From a bacterium (GTDB taxonomy: Bacteria > SAR324 > JACQKK01), in the NCBI GenBank assembly GCA_965249525.1, contig OZ252237.1, forward strand, positions 1,316,080-1,380,079: a DNA stretch of 64,000 nucleotides, given 5' to 3'. Made by a program: the position numbers and the translations under genes. The notes beneath the pieces were generated by a model. It was not told the origin of the DNA. It saw only the letters and a program-made list of their open reading frames with translations, and made no database searches. This document shows positions 18,972 to 28,653 of the stretch, one piece after another (position 1 is the first letter of the stretch; each line of letters begins with the position of its first letter).

Positions 18972-20828
18972 TTGGATGCGCACACGATTGCATTGGTGAA
19001 AGAACGCGCTGATATTGCTCAGATCATCGCTGAGCATGTACAGCTTCGCCCCAGTGGGCAGGGGTATAAGGGATTGTGTCCATTTCATCAGGAGAAGACG
19101 CCCTCATTTACAGTGAATGTCCAGCGTGGGTTTTTCCATTGTTTTGGCTGTGGCAAGGGTGGGAGTGTGGTGGATTTCGTCATGGCACGGCAGGGGATGG
19201 AATTTGGTGAGGCCTTGGCTTGGCTGGCGGAGCGGGTGGGGGTGGAGTTGAAGCCAGGACAGGGAGGGATTCGTTGTGTACAAGCCTTAAAGTTGGCGAC
19301 TGAGTTTTATCATCAGCAGTTGATGCATGCTGCCCAGGGGGAGTCTTTCCGTGCCTATTTGCGCTCCCGTGGTTTTGAGGAGGCAGACTGGTCCAGTTTT
19401 CAACTGGGTGCTGCCCTGAATGATTGGCAAGGTCTGATCCATCAACTGCAAAGCAAGATAGACATAGAGACGCTGTTGAAGGCAGGACTTGTAGGCAAGG
19501 GGAAAAGCGGGCGGGCTTATGATTGGATGCGCGGGCGGGTGGTGTTTCCTATTCAAGATGCCAGCGGTCATACCTTGGGCTTGGGCGGACGCCTGCTGGA
19601 AGACGGCCCTGGCCAATCCAAATACTTGAACACCCCAGAGACGGTGTATTATCGCAAGCATCGGGTGCTGTTTGGCTTGCCCCAAGCCCTGGCTGCTTGG
19701 CGAGCATCCAAGTGCGCCTTGTTGGTGGAAGGATATCTGGATGTACTGCGCATGCACCAGCATGGATTCAGCCAAGCGGTAGCCGCCTGCGGGACCTCGC
19801 TTACGGGGGATCATGTGGCATTACTCAAACGCCACAACCAGGAAGTGATTCTGCTGTTTGACGGCGATTCGGCTGGTATGCGCGCAGTGATGCGTTCTGT
19901 TCCCTTGTTTTTGGAACACAATCTGGAAGCGCGGGTAGCCTTGCTGCCTAAGGGCTTAGACCCGGATGATCTGCTGGTGCAACAAGGGACACAAGCCTTG
20001 CAAAATTGTCTGGACGATGCCAAACCACTGTTAGAACATCTGGCTTTTGCCACCTTGCAGCAATTTCCTGCATCTGTACAAGGGAAGCAGCAAGCCCTGG
20101 CAGCCTTGGCAGACAATCTACAAGCAGCCAAAACCGCCACCCGCGCAGTAGCCATCCGTCATTTGGCTGACTTGCTGGGCATTGACCCCGCCAGTGTCCT
20201 ATCTCAGCTAGCAGCAAGCACCTCTCCCAAGCGCACCCTGACAGCAGCATCCCGCACCTCCTCCTCTGCTTTCTCCTCTGCTTCCTCCTCTGCTTCCTCC
20301 CCCGCCATCTCCCACAGAGAAAAACGCATCCTGGCACTGCTGGCATGGCATCCCTCCCTGGCAGATATCGCACGCACACTCTTTCAGCCCGGCGACTTCA
20401 GTTCAGACCTCGCCCGCAATCTCTTTGGGCAACTCACTTCCTCCGCTGCTTCACCTCAGATTCCCTCATCCCCGCAGCAAGCAGCATCCTCGCAAGAAGC
20501 CACCTTATTGCGCTCCCTGCAAGCAGAAAAACCCCTTCATGTACACGCCGCCAAAGACCCCAAAGCTGCCTTGCAGGCAGAAACCTATTATCTGAAACGC
20601 CCCAGACTGCTTGAATTACGCCGCGCCTGGCAGCAAGCCCTCAACACCCCTCAAGAAGAATTGGCTCAGCAACGCTGGCGTAAAGCACAACAGGCACTGC
20701 AAATCCTGAAACCTCCCAGATATACCTACCAACCGCGTGAAGAAATGCGCCTAAAATCTCCCGACCAAGCCATCTCTTCCCTGGCTGCCTCCAGCCCCGC
20801 ACCTCCGCATCCCCCTGCCGACCAATAA
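18972..20828 (+). CDS. dnaG: DNA primase
   Basis: CPFH..CFGC zinc finger, KYLNTPET, TOPRIM EGYLD and FDGDSAG; TTG start after GGAGG at 18961. Confidence 0.97.
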   Translation: MDAHTIALVKERADIAQIIAEHVQLRPSGQGYKGLCPFHQEKTPSFTVNVQRGFFHCFGCGKGGSVVDFVMARQGMEFGEALAWLAERVGVELKPGQGGIRCVQALKLATEFYHQQLMHAAQGESFRAYLRSRGFEEADWSSFQLGAALNDWQGLIHQLQSKIDIETLLKAGLVGKGKSGRAYDWMRGRVVFPIQDASGHTLGLGGRLLEDGPGQSKYLNTPETVYYRKHRVLFGLPQALAAWRASKCALLVEGYLDVLRMHQHGFSQAVAACGTSLTGDHVALLKRHNQEVILLFDGDSAGMRAVMRSVPLFLEHNLEARVALLPKGLDPDDLLVQQGTQALQNCLDDAKPLLEHLAFATLQQFPASVQGKQQALAALADNLQAAKTATRAVAIRHLADLLGIDPASVLSQLAASTSPKRTLTAASRTSSSAFSSASSSASSPAISHREKRILALLAWHPSLADIARTLFQPGDFSSDLARNLFGQLTSSAASPQIPSSPQQAASSQEATLLRSLQAEKPLHVHAAKDPKAALQAETYYLKRPRLLELRRAWQQALNTPQEELAQQRWRKAQQALQILKPPRYTYQPREEMRLKSPDQAISSLAASSPAPPHPPADQ

Positions 20829-21045
20829 GCACTACTCTAAGCACTGCAATAAACACTGCAATAAGCACTGCAATAAACACTGTGTCTGCCCATCACATCC
20901 CTCCCGCAAAGACCATGCGACCATGCAGACACCAGCCTGCACGCAGAGTAGGGTGACATCTCTGTTCACACATGGCATTCTGCTTGATGTGTAGATTGCT
21001 CACCCAGTCGCTGGTGTTCATACTTCCTTATCATAAACAGGCAAA

Positions 21046-23655
21046 TTGTCGTCCTTTGGCGAAGCTTCTTTTTTTGCTGTATCCAAACCCATATTTTTCG
21101 TGCAAAAACCCGCATTACTTCGCTTCTTTCGCAAAGAGACCTGGACCCCCTCCAAGTTGAAGCACATAGGTCTATTTATTGGTTTCGCCGTCATGGTGGC
21201 ACTGCTGGTGGCTCCCAGCTTTGCCCTAGTACCGCCAAGTTATAAAGAGGGGGAGATTGTCACCCGCACCATTGTGGTGGCTGAAGACGTCAACTTGCCT
21301 GATGAGCGTTCTACACAAACACGCATTGAGGAGGCCTTAAAAGAAACTCCGCCAGTGTATGACTTTGATCCGCAGCTAGCAACACAAACTACCAAGCGGG
21401 TACGGGAAGCCTTTAAGATGATGCGCCTTGGTCAACAGGAGTTAGAACAAAACCTGCAGCAGGCAGAAGAAGCCCTAAGGCAGAATTCGTTGGAACGGGT
21501 GGAATTGTTGCAGGAAATAGGGGCGCAGCTGAAGCAGCAGCAGCATCTGGGCAAAGAGCGTTCCCATGCACTGCGTAAGTTGGGCAGTTTGGGGGATGTG
21601 GAAAATTTGGATGAAAGATCAAGCATTCAGGCAGCCCGACTGCGGCAGAACGTTGGGGGCTTTCACACAGTCCGCCAGCAATTACGCAGCCAAGTACAGA
21701 CGAAACGTGAACAGCTGGAAATCTTAGAAAATGACATTGAATTCTTGCAGGAGAATATCCGCGATGCGCGGCTGCTTTTAAAACAGACGGCAGCGAGACT
21801 GCAAGAAGATTTTGAATCGCAGCTGGAAATACCGGTGCCGCCGCAAGTGCTGATAGTATTGACACAACAAAGATTTAACCAAACTTACGAGAATGCTTTG
21901 GCAGCAGTATTGTTGGTAATCTATTCGGAGCGTTTCACCATTTCTCCTGAATTGCTGGCAGAAGAGAAGGCTGTCCAGATACAAGATGTTTCCAATGGAG
22001 AAATAACCCGCTTGGAAAATTTAAGTGAGCTGGGCAATCTGCAGCGTGTGCGCCAACAAATCCCCCAGCAGCTGGCATCGCTGCTGCCAGCAGCAACCCC
22101 TGCCAGCACCAGAGAGGCTTTGTTGCTATTGGCGCAGTCTTTGACCAGACCCAATATAACAGAGAACAAAAACGCCACAGAAGCCTTGAAGCGTCGCTTG
22201 CGTCAAGAGGTGTCCCCAGTATTTTTCGCACTAAAGAAAGGCGATGTGGTTGCCCGTGCCAGAGATGTGGCCACAGCCCAGCAGGCAGAAATCATTCGTG
22301 CAATCAATGCACATAATCGCAAACATCCCAAGTACGCCCAGATACTGGGGACCCTTGGACTGGTGCTGCTGCTGTTGGCATTGGCAAGGTTTGTGATTGT
22401 ACCACGCATTCTGCATCAAGATGTTACCCGTTCCAGACAAACCCTGCTGGCTGTTGTGTTATTGGGAAATTTGGCGATTTCACAATTGCTGCTGCTGCTG
22501 GAGCCTGCCTTTAACACCCTGTACCAATTGCCTTTTCAGGTGTATAGTTTGTTGCTGCCGGTGGCACTCACCTCCATGCTGGTGAGCATTGTAGCCGGGC
22601 AGCAGGTCGGCATGCTGATGGGATTGCTGCAAGCCATATTCCACGCCATCTTGCTGGGCAACCAGTTGACCTTCTTTTTGTATGGGGCAGTGAGTTCCGT
22701 GGTGGCTGCAGCAGCACCCAGATATGACCGCCGTGCTGCCATTTGGCAGCAGGGAACCAGGATCGGACTGGCAAATATAGTAACCACCATCGTGCTCATG
22801 CTGATCAGTCAACGGTCTTTCTCCCCCACCAGCCTGGGCATGCTCGCCGCTGCTTTCAGCAACGGCATCCTGGTGGCAGTGTTATGCACCGCCTTGCTCC
22901 CTCTGATAGAAAAGCTGTTTGATCTCACCACCAACCTTCGTCTGCTGGAACTCGCCAACATAAATCAACCTGCCCTCAAACAGCTTTCTGCCACCGCCCC
23001 AGGCACCTACCAGCACAGCGTGGTGGTCAGCAACCTCAGCGAGGGAGCAGCAGATGGCATTCGCGCCAACCCTCTGCTGGTACGCGTAGCCTCTTACTAC
23101 CATGACTTAGGGAAAATGAACTGCCCTTTATATTTCGTTGAAAATCAAAAACCCGACCTCAATTACCACGAACAACTTGCCCCTGAAGTCTCTGCACGCA
23201 TTATCGTCAACCATGTACAAGACGGCTTGCTCATCGCCCGCCAACACAACCTGGGGCGCGCCATCTGTGCCATTATTCAGCAGCACCACGGAACATCATT
23301 GGTGCGCTATTTCTTCCACAAAGCCAAGAAAGAATCCTCTTCCCCCATAGATGAAACCATCTTCCGCTACAAAGGACCCAAACCACAGAGTAAAGAAGCC
23401 GGCCTGGTCATGGCTGCCGATATGACAGAAGCTTCCACCCGCAGCTTAAAAATCATGACGCCAAAATCGGTGCGCAAAATGATACAAGACATTACCAGCT
23501 ATCTTTATACAGATGGTCAGCTGGAAGAATCAGGTCTTACCTTCAATGATCTCAACTACATTGAAAAAACCTTTACCCGCATGATTCTGAGTGTCCACCA
23601 CCATCGGGTGCAATACCCCGGGCAGCCAGGTCACAAACCCCCCAAGGGTGATTAA
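21046..23655 (+). CDS. 7TM-HD (HDIG) phosphohydrolase, PgpH-like
   Basis: Extracytoplasmic domain + 7 TM + APGTYQHS, YYHDLGK, HHGTS and YKGPKPQ motifs; upstream of ybeY as is typical. Confidence 0.9.
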   Translation: MSSFGEASFFAVSKPIFFVQKPALLRFFRKETWTPSKLKHIGLFIGFAVMVALLVAPSFALVPPSYKEGEIVTRTIVVAEDVNLPDERSTQTRIEEALKETPPVYDFDPQLATQTTKRVREAFKMMRLGQQELEQNLQQAEEALRQNSLERVELLQEIGAQLKQQQHLGKERSHALRKLGSLGDVENLDERSSIQAARLRQNVGGFHTVRQQLRSQVQTKREQLEILENDIEFLQENIRDARLLLKQTAARLQEDFESQLEIPVPPQVLIVLTQQRFNQTYENALAAVLLVIYSERFTISPELLAEEKAVQIQDVSNGEITRLENLSELGNLQRVRQQIPQQLASLLPAATPASTREALLLLAQSLTRPNITENKNATEALKRRLRQEVSPVFFALKKGDVVARARDVATAQQAEIIRAINAHNRKHPKYAQILGTLGLVLLLLALARFVIVPRILHQDVTRSRQTLLAVVLLGNLAISQLLLLLEPAFNTLYQLPFQVYSLLLPVALTSMLVSIVAGQQVGMLMGLLQAIFHAILLGNQLTFFLYGAVSSVVAAAAPRYDRRAAIWQQGTRIGLANIVTTIVLMLISQRSFSPTSLGMLAAAFSNGILVAVLCTALLPLIEKLFDLTTNLRLLELANINQPALKQLSATAPGTYQHSVVVSNLSEGAADGIRANPLLVRVASYYHDLGKMNCPLYFVENQKPDLNYHEQLAPEVSARIIVNHVQDGLLIARQHNLGRAICAIIQQHHGTSLVRYFFHKAKKESSSPIDETIFRYKGPKPQSKEAGLVMAADMTEASTRSLKIMTPKSVRKMIQDITSYLYTDGQLEESGLTFNDLNYIEKTFTRMILSVHHHRVQYPGQPGHKPPKGD

Positions 23656-23700
23656 AACTTGATAGAAAAATCCTAGCCCCAGCTTGTCTCAGCTTGACCC

Positions 23701-24216
23701 ATGCCCGCCTCCCTTGCCCATTCTTCATTTCCCCCGCCTTCGCAAAGCGTACAGGTGGGCTGTTCAGCACAGCTGCCCGCACCTCCCATCTCTATGCCGC
23801 ATTTGCAGCTAATCACCCAAGGATTGCTGCAAGAGTTGGATTTGCTGGGAGGTGGACTTTCGCTATGGCTGGATACAGATGCTGGCATGCGTCAATTGAA
23901 TCAAACCTGGCGCCAGCAGCCAGCAGCCACCGATGTGCTTTCCTGGCGCTATTGGGAAGCATCGCCTGCGGAGTGTGCCTGCAGCGGTGGTCTGCTGGGG
24001 GAGGTGGCTATCTCGTTAGAATCTGCACAACGCCAGGCGGTTGTTTATGGCTGGAGTTGGCAAACAGAAATCCTGCGCCTGCTGGTGCATGGCTGCACCC
24101 ATGTGGCAGGCTATCATCACAGCACCCCTGGGGCTGCCCGCATCATGCGTGAGCAAGAAATGCTGCTGCTGGCTTCGCTAGGATTAACCTTGGACCAAAA
24201 GGACAGTAAAAGTTGA
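23701..24216 (+). CDS. ybeY: rRNA maturation endoribonuclease YbeY
   Basis: LN..WR....TDVLS, LGEVAIS and HGCTHVAGYHH motifs. Confidence 0.88.
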   Translation: MPASLAHSSFPPPSQSVQVGCSAQLPAPPISMPHLQLITQGLLQELDLLGGGLSLWLDTDAGMRQLNQTWRQQPAATDVLSWRYWEASPAECACSGGLLGEVAISLESAQRQAVVYGWSWQTEILRLLVHGCTHVAGYHHSTPGAARIMREQEMLLLASLGLTLDQKDSKS

Positions 24217-25979
24217 AACGAACACATCACTGCGGAGAACTCCGCGCCTCAGACGAGGGAATACCAGCCTCTTTGTGCGGCTGGGTGCATACCCGCCGCG
24301 ATCACGGCGGCGTCATATTTGTAGATTTGCGCGACCACAATGGTTTGACCCAGGTGGTTTTCAAAGCAGATGTCCACGCCGAAACCCATCGCCAGGCCAA
24401 TATTTTACGCAATGAATTCGTGATTACTGTCAGTGGAAAAGTGGCGCTGCGTGAAGCAGGTGCCGGCAACCCCGATTTGCCCACAGGCCAAATTGAATTA
24501 CTCAGCAATCACCTGGAAGTACTCAATGAGTCCCGACCACCGCCCTATGACCTGGATGATGAGGTGGAAGAACGCCATCGGCTGGTATGGCGCAGCTATG
24601 ACTTGCGCCGTCCTTTGATGCAGCATAATTTGCGCCTGCGTTCAGAAGCAGCCCGTTTAAGCAGAGAATATTTGCATCAACAAGGTTTCACAGAGGTAGA
24701 AACACCCATGCTGACCCGCGCCACACCAGAAGGGGCGCGTGATTACCTGGTGCCATCAAGGGTGCAGCCTGGCGCATTTTACGCCCTGCCGCAGTCGCCC
24801 CAATTATTTAAGCAGCTGCTGATGGCGGGGGGAATAGACCGCTATTACCAAATGGCACGTTGTTTCCGCGATGAAGACCTGCGCGGCAATCGCCAGCCAG
24901 AGTTCACCCAAATAGACCTAGAGATGGCTTTTGCCATCCCAGAGATGGTGATGGAATTGACCGACGGCATGATAGCGCACTTGTTTGGCAAATTGGGTGG
25001 TGGCGCACCGTCGCTGCCGATTGAACAGATGGACTACGACCAGGCGATAGCAGCATACGGCAGCGACGCCCCCGACCTTCGCTTTGATTTGAAGCTGTGC
25101 GATGTGGCTGATTTGGTAAAAGACACCCAGTGCCAAGTGCTGGCGTCCCCCTTGCAGCGAGGCGGTTGGGCGCGCGCCATTTGTGTACCGCAAGGGGCTG
25201 CTTTAAGTCGCAAAGATTTGGATGAATTGGTAGAAGCTGCTATCAGCTGGGGGGCAAAAGGATTGGCCTGGGTGAAAAAACAGGACTCCGAATGGCGTTC
25301 TCCCATTGCCAAGTTTTTCACCCCATCCCAACAGCAGGCCATAGAAGAAAGACTGAAGCTGCGCAATGATGACCTGGCACTCTTCAGTGCAGACAGTCCG
25401 CAAGTGGTAACAGCCTGCTTGGGTCAGGTACGGCGTTGGCTGGCAGAAAAGCTGGGGCTGATAAAAAAAGGCGTCCATCGGTTTGTCTGGGTGAAAAATT
25501 TTCCCCTGCTGGAAGCAGACTCCCAAGGTCACGGCTGGCACGCCATGCACCATCCCTTTACCGCACCCGTACCCGCAGAATGGCACCTCTGGAAACAAGA
25601 CCCCTCCCGCATCCATGCGCTGTCTTATGATTTGGTGCTGAATGGCGTAGAATTAGGTGGCGGCAGCATCCGCAACCATCGCAGAAACATACAAGAAAAA
25701 CTGTTTGACCTGATTGGAATCTCCCCAGAATTGGCAAAAGCACGTTTCGGCTTCCTGCTGGAAGCCCTAGCATGCGGCGCCCCCCCGCATGGAGGCATCG
25801 CCCTGGGATTTGACCGCATCGTCATGGCACTCTGCCAAACAGATTCCATCCGTGATGTCATCGCCTTCCCCAAAACCCAAAAAGCCGCAGACCTCATGGT
25901 AGGCGCACCCGCTGCTGTGGATGCCGAACAACTGCAAGAACTCTCTCTGCGCATCCTGGGAACGCCGCCTTCCTCTTAG
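24213..25979 (+). CDS. aspS: Aspartate--tRNA ligase
   Basis: RTHHCG, RRDHGG, LPQSPQLFKQ, FRDEDLR, HHPFT and PPHGGIALGFDR motifs. Confidence 0.98.
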   Translation: MKRTHHCGELRASDEGIPASLCGWVHTRRDHGGVIFVDLRDHNGLTQVVFKADVHAETHRQANILRNEFVITVSGKVALREAGAGNPDLPTGQIELLSNHLEVLNESRPPPYDLDDEVEERHRLVWRSYDLRRPLMQHNLRLRSEAARLSREYLHQQGFTEVETPMLTRATPEGARDYLVPSRVQPGAFYALPQSPQLFKQLLMAGGIDRYYQMARCFRDEDLRGNRQPEFTQIDLEMAFAIPEMVMELTDGMIAHLFGKLGGGAPSLPIEQMDYDQAIAAYGSDAPDLRFDLKLCDVADLVKDTQCQVLASPLQRGGWARAICVPQGAALSRKDLDELVEAAISWGAKGLAWVKKQDSEWRSPIAKFFTPSQQQAIEERLKLRNDDLALFSADSPQVVTACLGQVRRWLAEKLGLIKKGVHRFVWVKNFPLLEADSQGHGWHAMHHPFTAPVPAEWHLWKQDPSRIHALSYDLVLNGVELGGGSIRNHRRNIQEKLFDLIGISPELAKARFGFLLEALACGAPPHGGIALGFDRIVMALCQTDSIRDVIAFPKTQKAADLMVGAPAAVDAEQLQELSLRILGTPPSS

Positions 25980-26015
25980 CCTGGCTGCTTCGTTAACCAG
26001 GCGCCCACGCCTTTG

Positions 26016-26057
26016 CTGCCCGTCCATGTCTGCCCGTCCATGTCTGCCCGTCCATGT
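26016..26057. repeat. 14-bp tandem repeat x3 (CTGCCCGTCCATGT); last copy contains the next start codon
   Basis: Direct reading. Confidence 0.9.
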
Positions 26058-27106
26058 CTGCTTCCCCGCCCGATAATGTCTGTGTACTGCTGGTGCGCTT
26101 CAATTCGCTGGGGGATGTGGTCAAATGCACCGCCATACCCCGTCTGCTAAAGAAACGCTGGCCCCAAGCCCGCGTCATCTTTGCCACCCTCGCCCAGCAT
26201 GCCCCGCTGCTAGCCAACCATCCTCAAATAGATGAAGTCGCCTGCTATCATCGGCAGCAAGGATTCCAAGGTCTGCTGCAGCTAGCACATCAATTGCGCC
26301 GTCAACGCCCCCAGCTGGCAATTGACCTCCACAACAGCCTTAGAAGCCGTTTGCTGCGCCTGCTGACAGGCGGTCGCTGGCTGGTCTACAACAAACGCAG
26401 CTTCCAACGATGGTTGTTAGCGGTATGGGGCTGGGATACCTACCCCGCCACCTTTAACAAACAAGCCGATTTCCTTGCCCCTCTCTTGCCGTGGGGAGTA
26501 CAAGATGACGGCAGGGGGACAGAAATCCACCCCCAACACCTGGCAGCCGACAGCCGCTTCAACAAAAAATTTGCCAGCGAAATTCAATGGATCAAGCACT
26601 GCCGCAGCCCCCTGCTGGGCGCAGCCCCCGTAGCAGCCTGGCACTTAAAACGCTGGCCGCTGAACCACATGAAAACCTTGCTGCAAGATTTCATCACCCA
26701 GTGCGGCGGCAAGGTCATGCTGTTCGGCGGCGCTGATGAACCCCAACTCAACCTACTTGCCCAACAACTGGGTCCCTCGGCACTCAACCTGGCAGGGCGC
26801 ACCAACTTGTTGGAATCTGCCTGGTTTGCCTCCCAGACAGGCTTGATGGTAGCCAACGATACTGGCATGGCGCACATCGCTGAGGCTGTGGGGGTAGACA
26901 CCCTGGTGCTTTTTGGTCCCACCACCGAACACTGGGGTTATTTTCCCCAACGCCCCTCCAGCCGTGTGCTGCAACACCAGCTGCCCTGTCGTCCCTGCAC
27001 CCGCACAGGCAAAGGAAACTGCCACCACCCTTGGCAAAAAGCCTGTTTGGATGCCATCACTCCGCAAATCGCCCTGAAACAGGTGCGCCATATGCTTAAC
27101 TGTTAG
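26054..27106 (+). CDS. Glycosyltransferase family 9 (LPS heptosyltransferase-like)
   Basis: SLGDVV, KRWP, NDTGMAHIA, LFGPT and CRPC motifs. Confidence 0.92.
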   Translation: MSASPPDNVCVLLVRFNSLGDVVKCTAIPRLLKKRWPQARVIFATLAQHAPLLANHPQIDEVACYHRQQGFQGLLQLAHQLRRQRPQLAIDLHNSLRSRLLRLLTGGRWLVYNKRSFQRWLLAVWGWDTYPATFNKQADFLAPLLPWGVQDDGRGTEIHPQHLAADSRFNKKFASEIQWIKHCRSPLLGAAPVAAWHLKRWPLNHMKTLLQDFITQCGGKVMLFGGADEPQLNLLAQQLGPSALNLAGRTNLLESAWFASQTGLMVANDTGMAHIAEAVGVDTLVLFGPTTEHWGYFPQRPSSRVLQHQLPCRPCTRTGKGNCHHPWQKACLDAITPQIALKQVRHMLNC

Positions 27107-27200
27107 TTCTGTTAGTTCTGTTAGAACTGTTAGATTTGCTTAGGTCTTTTGTTTGGGTCTTTTATTTGGGTCTTTTATTTGGGTCTTTTATTTGGGTTTT
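27100..27200. repeat. 9-bp (CTGTTAGTT x4) and 13-bp (GGGTCTTTTATTT x4) tandem repeats
   Basis: Direct reading; the first unit contains the GT9 TAG stop. Confidence 0.85.
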
Positions 27201-27242
27201 TTGCTTAGATCTTTTGCTTAGACTTTTTGTTTGGGTCTGCTG

Positions 27243-28601
27243 ATGTCGGTTGCCAAGAGAACTTCCCCGCCTTCAAACCTGCTGCCCCCCTGTGCAGCCT
27301 GGCGCAGACCATTGTACTGCTGGCTGCTGCGACCCTTGATGCTGGTGCTGCTGAAGACAGGGAGTTGGTTCTCGCCCAAGCTGCGGGCAACCCTGCGACA
27401 ACAGCGGGAAATATGCTTGGAATCGGTCTTAGCCAAGCGAAATATGCAGCAGCCCTTGGTATGGTTTCACGCTGCCAGTGCAGGAGAATTTTTGCAGGGG
27501 CTGCCTGTTATGCGCCACCTGCTGGAAGCAAAGGTGTTGTGCGTATTGAGTTTCAGTTCACCCAGTACAGCTGCCTGGGCAAAACGCAGCCAGGCAAAGC
27601 ATGCGCTGTGGCGGGCAAGTTTTCCCCTGCCTTTGGACAACCGTCATCGTATACAGGGGCTGCTGCAGCGACTGAAACCGGCGGCATTGGTGTTCATCAA
27701 GTACGATTTATGGCCCAACTTGGTATGGGAGGCGCGCTTAACGGGAATTCCCATTCACCTGCTGGGTGGAACGCTGCATCGGCATTCTGGTCGCTGGAAG
27801 TGGGGGTTGCGGGGGTGGTTTCGCTGTTTGCTGGAAAGCACCTCACATTTAGCTGCGGCCAGCGAGACCGATGCTGGGTACTTCCGAGCGCTGTGTCCGC
27901 AGCATAAGTATATACGGGTGCTGGGAGACAGCCGATTTGACAGTGTGTTGGAGCGTTTGAAAGAAGCACCTCCCGCTGTTCCAGCAGGTATTGCCCAAGC
28001 CAAGCAGGTATTGGTGGTGGGCAGCAGTTGGCCGCAGGATGAGCGTTTGCTGCTGTCGGGAATCAAGCAGGCGCTGAGACAATTTGCGGACTTTGCGGTG
28101 GTGCTGGCGCCTCATGAACCTGCATCACAGCCCTTGGCATACTTGCAGCAGGCTTTGGGGGAATTTGGCTGTGTTCGTTTAAGCCAGGCGGGGAGGTCAG
28201 CTGCTGATGCCGCAACTAATGATTCCAGGGTGCTGCTGGTGGATGAGGTAGGGCGCCTGGCCAGCTGTTACAAACTGGGAAGCATGGCGTATGTGGGCGG
28301 GGGACACACCACAGGGGTTCATAGTGTGCTAGAACCTGCTGCTGCGGGCTTGGCGGTGAGTTTTGGACCGTTTTATCAAAACTCGGTGGAGGCTGGTGAG
28401 ATGGAAGCCCAAGGGCTGGCTGTTTGCACAGCCACGGCGCAAGCATTCAGCAGGCAATTGTTGAAGTGGCTACAATCACCTGCCACTACCCGCCAAATCG
28501 GTCAACAAGCCCAGGTCTTCGTTAAGCAGCGGGCAGGTGCAGCCAGAGCCTGCAGCCAGCAAATTCTAGACTCGCTGCCACCAGCACCCCAGCAGCCATA
28601 A
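27243..28601 (+). CDS. waaA: 3-deoxy-D-manno-octulosonic acid (Kdo) transferase
   Basis: WFHAASAGE, PLD, DLWPN, GDSRFD and GGG...HSVLEPA motifs. Confidence 0.9.
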   Translation: MSVAKRTSPPSNLLPPCAAWRRPLYCWLLRPLMLVLLKTGSWFSPKLRATLRQQREICLESVLAKRNMQQPLVWFHAASAGEFLQGLPVMRHLLEAKVLCVLSFSSPSTAAWAKRSQAKHALWRASFPLPLDNRHRIQGLLQRLKPAALVFIKYDLWPNLVWEARLTGIPIHLLGGTLHRHSGRWKWGLRGWFRCLLESTSHLAAASETDAGYFRALCPQHKYIRVLGDSRFDSVLERLKEAPPAVPAGIAQAKQVLVVGSSWPQDERLLLSGIKQALRQFADFAVVLAPHEPASQPLAYLQQALGEFGCVRLSQAGRSAADAATNDSRVLLVDEVGRLASCYKLGSMAYVGGGHTTGVHSVLEPAAAGLAVSFGPFYQNSVEAGEMEAQGLAVCTATAQAFSRQLLKWLQSPATTRQIGQQAQVFVKQRAGAARACSQQILDSLPPAPQQP

Positions 28602-28632
28602 CCCAAGCAGCCATAACCCCAGCAGCCATAAC
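28588..28632. repeat. ~15-bp tandem repeat x3 (CCCCAGCAGCCATAA-like) including the waaA stop
   Basis: Direct reading. Confidence 0.85.
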
Positions 28633-28653
28633 ACTGAAAAGCCACCAGCCAAG

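Noticed and set aside
18320-19088. Minus-strand Pro/Gln-rich ORFs over the satellite
   Set aside because: They are open only because the repeat lacks stops on that strand; one overlaps dnaG antisense.
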